Source: Lingula anatina
Lineage: Eukaryota; Animalia; Brachiopoda
NCBI GenBank assembly: GCA_051362555.1
Contig: CM120643.1
Span: 11,692,644 to 11,756,643, forward strand
Reading direction: 5' to 3'
Length of the DNA: 64,000 nt
The number at the start of each line of letters is the position of its first letter. The stretch's first letter is position 1. The notes under the pieces are model-generated. The model did not search any database, had not been told where the DNA came from, and saw nothing but the letters and a program-made list of their open reading frames with translations. This document shows, piece by piece, positions 24,627 through 39,600 of this stretch. Position numbers and translations under genes: made by a program.

Positions 24627-26022
24627 ATGGCGGACAACCTGAATCCTTTTCTGGAAGATGAAGATTTTATTGATAATGAATTAGAAACCACGCTCCCACA
24701 TAAGCAACCAAACAACGACGACGATTATATCACTCTCGATACGATTGCAGAAAAACTGTTGAAGGGTAATTTTATCTTGTCGGCGTTGGAGCTGCATACT
24801 GAACTCACTGAAAGTGGTCGGGAACTGGGAAGGCTTCGAGACTATTTCTCCAATCCTGGAAATTTTGAACGTGCAAAACTAGAGCCATCACCACCATCAT
24901 TGCGTAAGAAACATTTAGAATTATTTTCCGCCATGAAATCTTTAGATTTCTCTTTGTTTGTTTTCGATAAGCCCTTTACTTGTGATCAATCCATCAAGGT
25001 GTTTATTTTCGATTAATTAAAGAGCTTTGGCAGGTGGGCGTGACGTAGAGAAAGAAACGCTTGACCAGCTTTTTTGTGTACTCACCGGGCCACGATCGAA
25101 TCAAGCTTACAGGGAGTGACGTGGAAGAGTAATTTGATTTTTGATATCATTTTCAATTTTTTTATAGTGTTGCAGAAAAAGTGCAGTTAAAAAAAACGCT
25201 GAATCTTGACAGTTGCTAGAAATAATAATAATTATTATTATAATAAAGCAATTTTGCATGTGCATGTAGGATTTTTTTTTTTTTTTTTTTTTTTTTTTGT
25301 GCCTCCAAGTATGTTTATGTGTGGTATTATTTATATATTGGCACAAAATAATACACACTATTTTTTAGTTATCAATTTACACAATTCATTTAAAACTTTT
25401 GGCAAAGTTGGTTAAATAATTTCATCAGTTCTAAAATTGATAAAAGAAAAAATTGTAAAGCATGAAACTCAAGTCTCTTACATTTATGGAGTGGCATACT
25501 TTCAAGAAAAAAGATGATAAAGACCCTTTAATCTCAAATTGTAAATAAAGTTATTTTGCCAATTTATCTTTCATAATGTTTGGGGTAAGCCATGCATTTT
25601 GTTTATGTATTAATTTTGATCAAGTGATAGATATGAAAATTAAGAAGTGGCGTGGTCTCTGTGCAGATTTAATATGGCTCATTCCTGTATGCAAAACTTT
25701 GCTTTAAAATAAGCAACGGTTGTATACATGAGTGTTCTTATCTAAAAAAAGATATATTGTAGCAGTGGATTTAGTTAACATGTTTGAAAGTTTTGTAGGT
25801 AAATGTTGTTATTTATTAACTGTTAAGTAGAACCAATAATCAGCACACATTTCCAAACAACGGTAAACTTAAACCAAAAATGCAAACAAAATTAGCAAAA
25901 CATGAGGTAAACAGACATTTTAAAAATTGCAATTTTCAATTGGCAAAATTATTATGAAAAGAAAGTCAATCATTTTTCAATAATGAGCATTATGCATAGT
26001 GTAACTGGAGTGTCTAAAAAAG

Positions 26023-26090
<68 letters not shown>

Positions 26091-29000
26091 AAGAAATCTT
26101 TGCTGATTACGTACAATGCCTGTGACATGGCTTGTTGCAACTAACTTAGTGTTTCTCTTTACAGGTTGTTCAGCACAAAGCCTGGACAATCTAAGTATGT
26201 ATCTTGTCATATGCTACAGGGGTAGAAATTCAATTTTAATTTAATTAAAGTTATCAGTAATACAATATGATTATTTTGGGGTTCAAATAGCAAGGGACTA
26301 ACCAGGACCAGAAATATCATACACTGTTTCATTTTATATTTATTCACAGACAGGGTGATGTGCATGGATGAATTTAGAGGGATGCTTAGGTTGTGGGAAT
26401 TACTCTTCAATATCAAACTTCTCAGCCATACCTGTGCCATGATGTTTGTCATCAGTGAGTTGTTTGAAAATTGAGAGTAATTATTATAGGCAGTGCACTG
26501 TTAAAATCTTGGAATATATAAAATGACACATACTAGATCTATCACTGTTTATGATGTGAATGTTTCCACACCAAACCTTCCCAATTTGAAGTTTACCACA
26601 TTATGATAACTGCTAGTATGCTGCAGAAGCACTTGTCTAGCATGTGGGCTTACAGAAAGTCTTACCCAACACTGACAACTGATATAATATGATTACCCTC
26701 TGAATTTCTATTCCTGTGTGCTTCTGTAATAATTTCACACATGGTTGCCAATGTTAGCAAATTAAAATGCAGGACAAGTCTGAAAAATGACACAAAATGG
26801 CACATTACTTCGTAACGTGAATAGATAAAGGGGCATCACCATGTAAGACAGCTGTCACAGTCACATACATTTTTCAGCGAAGTTGTTATCAATGTGGGAT
26901 GAGACATGTGATCAAAATGCTGGACATTTCCTGCATAACCATGGCCACTTGGCAACTGTGTGTCATATCATAAGTCTTGTATGGTATTTTATTTATGACA
27001 AAGGGGGCAGTTTCAGCAGGGCTACAGAAATGACCCAGAAATTACATTTGATGTTAATTCCACACACAACCCTACTCTTATCTTTGGTGTGGCTCTGTAT
27101 TGCTCCTATTTTAGATGTAGTTACACATTGGTTATGTGTTGGGTAATGATTATTTTATACCCACTGTTAATAAATATATCTTATGATAGAAATTGCTTCT
27201 GTTTATATTTAGTTTGCTTCAAGTGGTTTTTTGATAAACATACTATAATATAATGGTTTTGAGTTTATTAAAATTTATTTATCTATAGATAAAATAAAAT
27301 AATTATAGTAGTCATGGATTCTGACAGTGATCCCCACAGTTGAGCTATTACCAGGATACAAATGTGATTTGTAAGATTAATTTGTCTGTGCTACATAGAA
27401 CCCTTTGTTGTTGATCCTTCACTGAATGCTAATTGCTGTTTATGGATTCTAATGAGGACTACAGTATAACCTTATAGCTTGTTTTCCTTGGTAAAGGGTC
27501 ATTCCACTGAATTTTTCCCTGTACCGTCTTCTACAATTTTTTTTTTTCTTTTTGTCTTTTCATATCCTAAAACATTCCAAAAATAATGTTGAACCAAATT
27601 TGTAGGAATAAAGTTGCAGAAATTATTTAGCTTAGAAAAAATGTTTCTGGAATGGCCCAAAAGAGAAAATGAAAGAAGGGTTTGTGTTGTTATAAAGAAG
27701 ATTATTGCCTGCTTCAGAATTATTTATCAGAATGATAGTGAATTTTAAAAATATGATTTTTATAGGCTCCAGTTGCAAACAAATCTTAGCTGGGCATGGA
27801 ATTTGGCTTTCATTGCCAAGTTTTTAGAAATGTTTCACACACTGACATATATGTATCTGGTTGAAGTTATGGTTATCAATCAAATATGCTTACTTTAAAT
27901 AGAAAAAAGAATTGCCTTCTTTAACTTACGATGCTATTAAATATAGTAAATGTTGAATCCTGTTTGGAACTGTTACCCAAGCTGTTGTAACATGCTTGTG
28001 TTTGTTGATATTTGTATTCTTTCCATAATCCTTACTTACTATATAGCTATGTTTTAATGATGGGAAGAACAAGTTCACACAATTTAGTAAATAATTACCA
28101 ACCATTTATAGACAGGGGTTAGCATGTATTTCTGTGTTTCAATGTGAACACACATTCTGTTTTCTGCAAGACATTTTGAAGCTTAATTAAAGATGCTTTT
28201 TTTTTTCACTCCAGATCGCACCAACAGTTGTCAGACGTTTGATTCGCTGGATCTTGCGCGGTATTCTGATGATGGAGAGAGACAGACAGAAGATAAAGTA
28301 GCTGGTAGGTATGAAAGGGCTTACTGGCATATTTATTTCTTCAAAATGAAAAAGAGAAACATATATATAGTATAATTATACCAATTGCTTAAATTTGTTG
28401 CTATGAATAATGTTGGCAATTTTTAAAATTTAGAAGTGTTTGTCTGTTTGGGATGTAGATCATATTTTTTCATCACATGCGCAGATAAACACCAGAAAAA
28501 AAAAAAGATGGAAGTCAAGCTTGGTTGTAGGATGGGTAATGCAGAGCTCAAAATTTTATGATGATGGGTAGTTTTCAAAAATTTAAAATAATCTGCTCTT
28601 AGCAGTATCAGAAAAAATTCGCATTTGCCATTGAATTTTATTTTTTATTAAAATATCCCATTGTTTGAAAAATGGGATAATTTGTCATTATTCACCAATT
28701 TAAAGATTTATCTTTTTTACATTTGGAAGGAATTAAATATTTTGCATCCTAGTATAAACAAGACATTTTCCGTAAAGAAACATCTTTTACAGTGAAAAGA
28801 AATCACTTAATGTTTGATGACCTCAAATTATTTGAATGCTTGAATATATTATTATAACAGAGCAATTCTTGTTACTTTCCAGTATTAGAGTTTGAATTAA
28901 GGAAAGCACAAGACACAATTAAATCCCTCAGATCACAGTTAACAGGTGCTACAGGTAAGTCTGCTCACGTTTTAGAAAAAAATTACAGCATGAGCCATAT

Positions 29001-32000
29001 TTCTTTTGTCTGTCTGTCATACATTTTCCTGTTCCACCCACCCAGTACAAAGCTGTTGATAAGGATCTGCCTTGTGACAGATGTTGCATGTTAAATATGC
29101 TGAACTTTAACAGTTATTACTTAATAAATTCAAACAAAATAGTGCAAGAATATAATTCCCAACATATAGGTTTTTTATATCAAATTCATTGAAAGCAAAT
29201 GATTGAATTATTTTGAAATGCAGTTTAATTTAAAACAGTGCATTTTAGTCACTGGCCAATCTAAATGATGATTGAAAAAATAAACTTGAGCAGAATAAAT
29301 GAGGAGGTTAAATTTTTGGATAATTTTTGTTCTCTTGATTATATATTTAAATAGTTATGTTAGATGTGGTATAGCAGCCCAAAGTAATATGTAAAAATAA
29401 GTGATAGTTCACAGTTGAATTTTGCTGACAAAGTTAATGTGCACTAAGTGCATGGGGACTCTTGCTGAATGAAATCAGATTAACAGACTGACACACCCCT
29501 CCTCTTGTTTCCAATGTACTCCTATAATTGCCAGCTTTTGTATATTCTACTCAACATCAGAGAAGTGTGTCTTTCAGATTGCATTCAGCGAGAATCCTCG
29601 TGCACATTTGCTATGTTGACAAAAGTCATTGTGAACGGTCCATAGGGAAAACTTATCAGATGTAAACAGTTGTGGGCAGGCCACACCTTTCTCTGCTGTG
29701 ACATGATTTACGATCTTCCAGGATTGCCATAGAGCATGAAATATCCAACAGTTGACAGAATGGATTTATTTGATTTCTTGTCATTACTTTGTTAAAATAA
29801 TTTATGACATGGCTCAAAAATTAATTGACTAAAAAGGTGCAAATTAGCAAAACACTCAGTTTTAAACACAAGCACGTTTATTTAGATACTTTCTGGATGT
29901 TGATTACAGTGAATGATAAAGATGAATAAACTTTTGTTTTTATTTTTTTAGAAAATGTGTCAGCACCAGAGAGGACCGAGGATCCCCATGAAACTTTGTC
30001 AGGGGAGGGCCAGATCAAGCCGCATGAGAAGAGAGCACTTAATTTTCTCGTCAATGAATATCTACTACTGCATGACTACAAACTCACCTCTGTTACTTTC
30101 TCAGAGGAAAATGAAAACCAGGTACTAACTTTTTAATGAATTTTTTCTTTATCAGATATCTTTTACGATGTTCCCTTGTATTAATAATAATACTAATGAC
30201 AATAGTTTGATGTTATTATTAATGCATCAACTGACATATGTTATCCTCTCATGGGAGAATGAAAACCAGATACTAAACATTTGACATAAAACATATTTGA
30301 TATTTGTAACATTTGTTATCATTCATGGTCTTTTAGTAATAAAATTTAATTTAGCAGATGGCACACATTTCTAGGTATGTTTAGCACATTGCATTATGTC
30401 TTGGGACCTGTATGAAACTTATCAAGAGAATCAATAGCTACCTTAATTGCAATCCTGTCAAATATATATTTAATACTGCTGTTTTGTGATATGATAGATA
30501 CATTGATCCAACATGCCTGTTTATTGCTCTACTTTCCATTTGTAAATTAGTAAAAAGGTTCCGTCTGCCATTTACTATATACGTGGAATCTGATGCCACA
30601 GCATATATATAAATATGACATATTACTTAGGAGCTGCATTTATCATATCATATCATATCATATATATTCTTCTGGGGCTATATTTTATCTTATATTATGG
30701 GTTGTAAGTGAGACTCCTACCCTTATTACCATTAGCTTTAAAAAACATACACATTGACGTGATCTATCTGAACCAGCACCTTTGTTTAATCACATTGAAT
30801 TGGTATAATAGGTAATGTGTTCATTTGTTGGATTCCAGTATAATGAAAAGTGGCCTGCAAAACTGATAAGGCTCCATTTGGCATTTACAGCCAGCATTAG
30901 CGTCAACTGATATCTTGACATTTTATTGACTTTTTCAAGTTACTGTGAATTCTATCCCTCTTTGTGCCAATTTGATCTACATGCTCTGCCACAGTAATGT
31001 TGATCTACATTAGTTATTATTCTGTCTCATAGCATCCATGTATTCAGTTTACTCCTGTCTTCTGTAAATGCATTAGTGTAATGGGTACATATTGTAGGGG
31101 ATGATAAAATGTGGAATACAAGCTGCAATGTTGAAAAAAAAACTTCTCTAGAAGTTATAAGTGATGTTGTACAAAAATTTAACCCAAACAAATTATATAA
31201 CCTCAGGAATTTAGATTTTATATTGGAAATTGAATTTTAAAACCGTACCCAGATGGAATTATAGATTTCCTTTTTTTGGTAAGATGATTTAAGACATGCT
31301 ATTGTCTAGCTTCCAGATATTTTGCAACTATACACCAGCTTGCATTACACCATTATATAGCAAAATAATAATAACAATATTGATAATAATAAAAAGATTA
31401 TTGAAATGTCAGAGCAGTCAAGATATACCCTATCCAAATCATGAATTTACAATCTGTAAACACTCTGCTTTTAAATTTTAGATTATTACCATCACAAGTA
31501 AAATTCATTGGCTTCTTCAGCCATTAGAATGGGGACCAAAAACTAAAAAATGTAAAGCTTATAAAATTAGTAGGTTTAGGGATCATAATTCTATGAACAT
31601 TTCAGGAAAATGACAGCTTTGTTAGTTACAGTCTAAGGGCTCTTTCCCTATGAAACTACCATTCTACATAGATGATCCAACTTCTCGTTTCCAATGTACC
31701 CATATCATCACCAGTTTGTTTGTATTCTACTCAATGTCAGGAGGAGGCATGTTAATAAGTTAAACTGATTGCATTCAGCGAGAGTCCCTTCAGAGCTGGA
31801 TCAAGCCATGTAGAATGATAATTTACATTCGGTATGAGCCCAAATGCTTATTGCATGCCTTAAGCTATTATTTGTGTTCTACCAGGATTTTGAAGACTGG
31901 GATGATGTTGGGTTGAACATTCCAAAGCCTCCAGACATCTTGCATCTGTACCGCGACTACGGCAACCATGTCATACCTGTGGTGGAGAAAGAAAACTTCC

Positions 32001-33563
32001 AGTGCATGGTGAACTTTGACCAGGAAGTGATGATACAGAAAGAAGAAGAGTACGGAAAGTTAAAAGATATGATGGTATGGGTCTGTGTTTTACTGAAGAT
32101 GATGAAATTGAAATTAAATAAAAAAATGCATATTGCTCAATTTACTTAAATTATTGAAGGTATAATAAGCTTACAAGGGGTATATATTTATTTGTTGCAT
32201 GAAAAAAATCCTAGGAATTCAATGGAAAACATGGCCCTTTTAATATTCAGTTGTTGTGTGTAATGCAGGTTTGAAAAATAATGGATAGGTTTTCTTCTGA
32301 TTATTTCTATACATGAATTATCTAGGAATCCAGAATACAGGAACTAGATGAACGTGTAATGCAGTTAGTACAAGAAAATGAAGCTCTAGCAGATGAAATA
32401 AAGAATATGGCAAGGTGATGAAAATGCTGTCTTTTCAATGTAAAGTACTATATTTGTTAAAATAACTCATTTATTTTTAGAAAGAATTTATAGATTTATA
32501 AGTTTAATTTTTAACCAAAAATTTTATAGATTTAAATGTTGACATTAAACATTGACCTTTGACTTCTGACCTATTTTAGGCCCCCAGAGCCACTGTCCTC
32601 CACACCCACATTGTCACGAAAGAAACCAGCCAATCATCAAGAGCTTAACATGAGTCATGTAACAGAGGAACCAGAACAAAAAGAAAGTGATAATAACAAC
32701 TTTGACAAACAATTTACCAATGACATTAAAGAAGAAAAAGAAGAGAAAGAATCAACAGCCAATGAAAATGTAAGGTTGAATGAGACAAGCGATTTGGTTG
32801 GACCAAGCTCGGTTTGTGCAGAGGCAGGCTCAGAACTGCCCTCTGTGAATGTTACAGAGCAGGACTCTGTATTGAGAGGGTCAGAGACCAGAGAGACAGG
32901 AGATGGGATGGAGAGAATAGTGATTGGGGAGAAAGCATTTACTTGGCAACATTCCGATAGGTGAGTGACAGGTACACAACACACATATATATTGTATAAC
33001 TGAAAAGATGCCAGCATTAGACTAATCTTGGTCCACCAGCTGTGAGAAGTGGGCCTATATTGGATCAACACAGGATTTTAAATTGGCCACATGCTATTAG
33101 TGTGTCTTGATGAACATGCATAAAAAGGAAATAATAAGTTGAAAAAGCAATGAATACAGTGAAATATATATTTGGAAACATAGTTTTATACAGTGAGTTG
33201 TATTATAAACTCATCAGTCAGAGTATCGGCTACTGATCGTGACTAACCTTGCATGTAGAGAACTTCAGTATTGTATGTTATGCATATCAAGCTGATGAAC
33301 CTTTAGTTCAAGACAGTCAAGTAAAAGACAATTACATTTTTGGCCTTGGAACTTTGTCTCAAAGAAATGAACTGTTTCAGCAAATGTACTGAGTGATAGT
33401 GTGGCCCCATATTTCATTTCAGGAAGATGTCTGAGAGTTTTAGAAGAGCTTTGTTGGAAATGGCTTTCCATGTTTCCCAAGACAATAGAATAGTATCAGA
33501 GGTAAGGTGAAACATATCCACAGCACATGAGACAGAATTGTATGTTTTGTACCTGTAACTCAC

Positions 33564-33634
<71 letters not shown>

Positions 33635-36600
33635 CTTATATTTTTTCAACTAAAATTAAAGGAACAAAAAATAATTTTGAATGAATCTTACAATAGGAAC
33701 TAATCAGTCATTTGTTCTCCCTTGATATGAAGTTCTTAGTGTCTGTGAAGTGAAAAATTTTGCCTAAATCTGTAACATTGCTATGTTCCAGGTATCTAAG
33801 ATAACAGACTCGCGGGCAGAGAATCTGGTCAACATGCTGGCAAGATGTCTGCCACATATTGTTCCCAATGTTTTGCTGGCAAAACGAGAGGTGAGGATTT
33901 CAGATGATTTATGGTTTTGATTTTGAAGGGGGCTTTGGATTCCAAAATAGGATGAAAACAAAACATTTAATTTGTTGAATAGATTTTGATTTAATTTTAC
34001 TTTTGAGTGGTATTATTCAAGAATATTAAATGCTTCAGTTATAACATTTAAAAACAGTTTTAGATTTGAGTTATTTGTTACTACTACCACGGGGCTACTA
34101 CTACTACTTTTATTACTACTACCAATAATAAAATAATAATAATTTGACGAAGATATTCATCTTCACATAGAAAAAAATGACAACAAATATTGTTTGTTTC
34201 CAGGAACTCATTCCCCTAATCCTGTGTACAGCCACTCTCCATGAGGATGGAAAAGAGAGAGATAAACTGTTAAATATTTTGTTTAATCTTATCAAGCGTC
34301 CAGACGCAGACCAAAGGTAATTATGCTCATAAATTCAGACATGCTTTGTTCCTGATTTAAATTGGAAACTTGACTCTTTTTGTAGATTGCCGACATATAA
34401 AGCTGCCCCCAGATCCCCAACTGTAAGATTACTGAGCCATTTCTCCCTGATTTTTCTGACAAAACAAAATCATGTCAGTATTTTATGTGCGTAAAATATT
34501 TCTAATATTTCCAGTATGTTTTAACATTAGCTAGCATTTAAGCTAATCACTGTTTTTCTGTACAGTACACATCATCCTATTTTTTTATATAGCAGCCTAT
34601 TTTAGAAAAATATATTATGATTATTTCAATTTCTCAGTTGTTGGAAATGTATTGTAAAGGTACAAGAATTAGCATTCTGTGAGAAGATTTAAACTCAGTC
34701 CTGTCCTATAGATGTCACTGTTGTTTCCAGACAGATGATCCTGACTGGCTGCGTGGTGTTTGCTCAACATGTGGGCCCCACCCGAGTAGAGACTGAGTTA
34801 CTGCCACAGTGCTGGGAACAAGTACAGAGTTTTTATTCCCACTGTCCAGTTTTAAGACCCACTGTGCATTTTAACCCATCGTATATTTTAAGACCACTGT
34901 ATGTTTTCAAGCCCACTGTACAGTTTAATAGCTTCTGAATAACAAGTTCATTGCTTAATAGTAGAACATAGGGCTTTGGGATTCTTCCTTTGGACCCATT
35001 ACATGATTCTACCTCCAGATAGATTTTTAAATATTCAAATTAAAATATGAAGATGTGTAGCATCAAAGATGAAAGATATGAATGATATTTAAGGTTTTTT
35101 ATGGGCGGCGGTTTATACAAAAATGCAAAACACGATTAGTCGTCATCGTTATCAGATCAGTCGAAATGAAAACACGATTAGTCGTCATCGTTATCAGATC
35201 AGAAGGCAAAATACGACTAGTAGTCGTCAAAACGCAACTAGTCATCAAAACGCAACTAGTCATCAAAACGCAACTTGTCATCATCAAAACGCAACTAGTC
35301 ATCATCAAAACGCAACTAGTCATCAAAACGCAACTTGTCATCAAAACGCAACTTGTCATCAAAACGCAATTTGACGCCAGATGGCGCCCATTGTACGAAA
35401 ATCTAGGCCAAGTCACATGATCCACAGTGATCAAAATGGCGGACGTTATTGAAGCAGCATTATCATATTCCTCGCTCGAACTCGAGAATTATCTCTACGC
35501 GTACAATCTAATAATGATATTATATATATAATATAATATATATAATATATATAATATATTATATATATAATAATATCTCGAACTCGAGATAATTCTCGAG
35601 TTCGAGCGAGGAATATGATAATGCTGCTTCAATAACATCCGCCATTTTGATCACTGTGGATCATGTGACTTGGCCTAGATTTTCGTACAATGGGCGCCAT
35701 CTGGCGTCAAATCGCGTTTTGATGACAAGTTGCGTTTTGATGACTAGTTGCGTTTTGATGATGACTAGTTGCGTTTTGATGATGACAAGTTGCGTTTTGA
35801 TGATGACTAGTTGCGTTTTGATGACTAGTTGCGTTTTGATGACTAGTTGCGTTTTGACGACTACTAGTCGTATTTTGCCTTCTGATCTGATAACGACGAC
35901 GACTAATCGTGTTTTCATTTCGACTGATCTGATAACGATGACAACTAATCGTGTTTTGCATTTTTGTATAAACCGCCGCCCATAGTTTTTTAAAATGGCA
36001 TAACGTGCAAGATGAACAGTGTGCTCAGCAGTAAATTTGTTCTATCCTTGTGTCTGCGCATATATTTTTTCAAATTTTGTTTTCAGCTCAATCATAAATA
36101 TCCTGAGAGACGTCTCTTGGTTGCAGAGGCATGTGGTGCTCTAGCCCCCTATCTTCCCGTAAGTTAAATTTATTGGTGTAATATGTATTATATGTGGGCA
36201 TGCATTTGTGCACGTGAATACTTGGTTGCCGTCTATTGTATAGTAGTGGAATTTCGAAGAAATTAAAATTTATCAGCATTAAATAATGACATATTTTCAT
36301 ATTTATATAATACTTTTTTCATAGACTTAAGATGTTATGATCTATCAATAAAACTTACTTAAAAACAAAATTACTTATAATAAATGTAGAACTATGATTG
36401 AAAAAAAAAAACAACCTCAATATTTCTGATATTTACTAGAATGAAATCCGCAGTTCACTAGTGCTGTCCATGCTGCAGCAGATGTTGTCTGATGACAAGG
36501 CGGAGGAGGTGCGTGAGGCGGCGGTCAGAAGTTTGGGCCTCCTCATGGGTTTTATTGATGACCCAGATAAGTACGCTCAGGTAGGGGATGGCGTAACCCA

Positions 36601-39600
36601 CCATTTTGGTGCCAGGTATTTGAGAAAAGAGTATTTCAGGCTTCTTTAAACATCATGTTCCTGCATGTGGTTAAAATATTGTTTGATGTATACATGTGAA
36701 GTTTATTATATTCATGGCTATCACTTAGGCAAGAACTTTTGTATTTTATTGAGAATAATGATACCATACTGATGCATATGAATAGATATGATACATATGA
36801 ATAGATATGAAAGTGATTTTTTTTTATTCATCCATTTATATATACTAAGATAATGAGAAATTAATTCTAGTATTGGATTTTATGTTGAAACAGAGATAAC
36901 AAAGTTTAAACATTATCACAAGGCCCTCTTCAGGTGAACTGATTTGAGCTGCCACTAGTGTCACGTGAGACATCCAATGTAGAACAAGAATTAATATTTC
37001 ATTATCTATGTATCAATAGACCTTGTTCTTTTGTTGGCAGAGATATTTTGTGTAGCAGGGCAATTCAGAAGGTGTGCCTGTCAACATTTTAAGTTCCATG
37101 TGAATGAAGGATTTTATCTGTTTTATTTCCAGAGTTTTGAGCTGCTGTTTGCTGCCCTCCAAGACAGCGTGGAGGCTGTGTCCCTGGCAGCCCACCAGGT
37201 GTTACTGCCAGCATTTGCCATATGGTCCACTGAACTGGGGTGCCTGGAGAAACAACTCATGCACTCTATTGTGTCGCGACTGGAAAAACTTACCAAGGTA
37301 AATGAGAATTAGAAAGTTGTTCAAAAAGGGTGAAATTAAGCAATTTTGTGGAGACCCTTATCATCATCTCTATTCCTCAGTTTATGTTTTCTTTTTACTG
37401 TAACCATGAACTGTTTTAAGCATTACTATTTGCTATAATTTATATGCATTTATATCTGAAGGCCTATGGCCCTTGTGATATCAATTATTTTGTTATGTAT
37501 AGTAATTTCTTTTCAATTGGGGAAAATTGTGAATTTTACAGATGCTGTATTTTTTAAGTTATAATTTTTGAAAATTACTCTCTGTCATTTGCATTTGGCA
37601 AACGTTATTGCTTTGGCAAGTGACAATGCATATTGCTGTCATATAGACTATTGAAAGACGCTAGCTGTTTGAACTTTTTCCTATACTGAGACAGTTTGGT
37701 CCCCTCCCCCCTCCCCTTGCTTTGTGTGGACTTCCCATAAACCAGTGACTAAATTCAGTTTCACATTTTGTACTCCCTTTGCCCCAAATCCTGGGGAAAC
37801 TCATCATTTACAAACGCTCCTGAAGAGACCCATTAAGATGAAGAAAAGTTTAGGATAATTAGATAAAAAATTTATTCAGAACTCAGACTTTTTGTGGATT
37901 TAAAATGAAAATAAAACTGCTACTGTAACAGGAATAATTTTCTATGTAAATATAATCTCAGAGAATTAATATTTTGTCTCTGTACATTTGAAATTAATAT
38001 GGACAGACACCTGTGTCTCATTGATTTTCCATGAGTTTGAAGCCCTGACCTAATGTACACTTTCTTGTTTTAAAAATTGGGTCATGGTTTCAATATTTGG
38101 TATAATTATAAATGTAAACAGTATTGTGATATATTAATATAGTTTCTCTTCCACTCTGCTACACAACTGTACAGTAGACTAACTATACCTTATGTTCTGG
38201 TTCATACAACCTATCCTCATTATCAGTGGTAACCAGTGTTTGAAATTAATGCTGGACCATCTGCCAGGGCCGAGAACTTTTCCCACCCATCAGACATTCA
38301 GTCCAGCTACTTTTCAAGATAGCTGGACCTTTGGTCCAGAAGCTAATTTTCCTAAGTGGCAAACACTGGTGGTAACATAAGGTTTTTATAAACATCAGCA
38401 TTGCGATATATTTACATCAGTGTTCAATGTACTCAGTAGTAATTGTAAGTACTGGAATGTCTTAATTTGTCCCTTGTTCTCTGCCACCACCAGCTGGCCC
38501 AAAGGGCTGATGGCTAATGCTGTGGGACTCTCCAACCCATCATTCTCAGTGGCAATGTATCTGATGAACTGTCCCTGTGGATTCAGTGCCACTACCCTGT
38601 GGTTGAGAAAGTCAGCAATGAAGAGATGACCGTAGCTGTCTGTACACACTCCCTGTGGTGACCTCAGCTGACCATCACCACAGCCGCGTGTGCCATACTG
38701 GTACAGTTGATCACCAGTAGGTGACAGCACATGTACACAGTCACTGCCCCAGTCTGATATCACAATGTTATTATTCACACTGTTCACTGTGATATACATT
38801 GGGTATCTACATGAACTGAGTGGAATGGTGCTCAGGAGCTGTCTACTGTCTACATCGAATGTGAAGATGGATTGCTTTCCTCTGTCACAAACAATCACAT
38901 GACCTTGTCTGTTCAGTGTAATGCACCATGGCTCCTCCAGTTGACCCTGACCCATGGTTGTCACCTTCTTACCTCTGGTGGAGTACACTTTCACACATTT
39001 ATCACCCAGTGATGTTATATACAGGTGACCAGTCTGTGACACAGCCACATCAAATGGTCTGTTTAGTTTAATGTCATACTTGAACTCTCCAGCATTTGTA
39101 AACATTTTTGTTCTGTCATCTCCATAATCCACAACAAACACTTGTTCCTCATCTATGGCTAACCCAGATATGTACATTGCTCTGTCATCTTTCAGCATAG
39201 GACTAAAATAACGGACACACTCTGCCTTTTCTAAGAAAACGGGATGTGGTGCTGTTTTTGGATATGTTCCCTGTCCATCTAATAGAGGCTGTGACTGTAC
39301 TGTCACCCGTCCTAACATAGCTTCCAGTCCAGCATCAGATATCTCACCGGGGCTGTAGGATTTCTGTGCTGGTGTGTTCAGAGATGGGACAGGTGTTTTC
39401 TCCATCACTGCAAGTCTTTTTAACAGAGATTTTGCATGAACCATGACATCAGAGTCAGTGCCATTAGTGATCAATTTTTGGGCAAAGTCACAGGCACTGT
39501 GCATGGAGGCATGGTGGAATTCAAGGATGTCCTTGTTTGCCTCCTTCTGCTTCTTTCTGATATCGTAAGCAGAATTCACTTCTGATATCAGTGTCTCTTC

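Noticed and set aside
35082-35985. Repetitive ORFs (KTQLVI, HQNATS, MTSCVL) and a CRISPR-like appearance
   Set aside because: Translations of minisatellite subrepeats in a palindromic element; no unique spacers, eukaryotic context.
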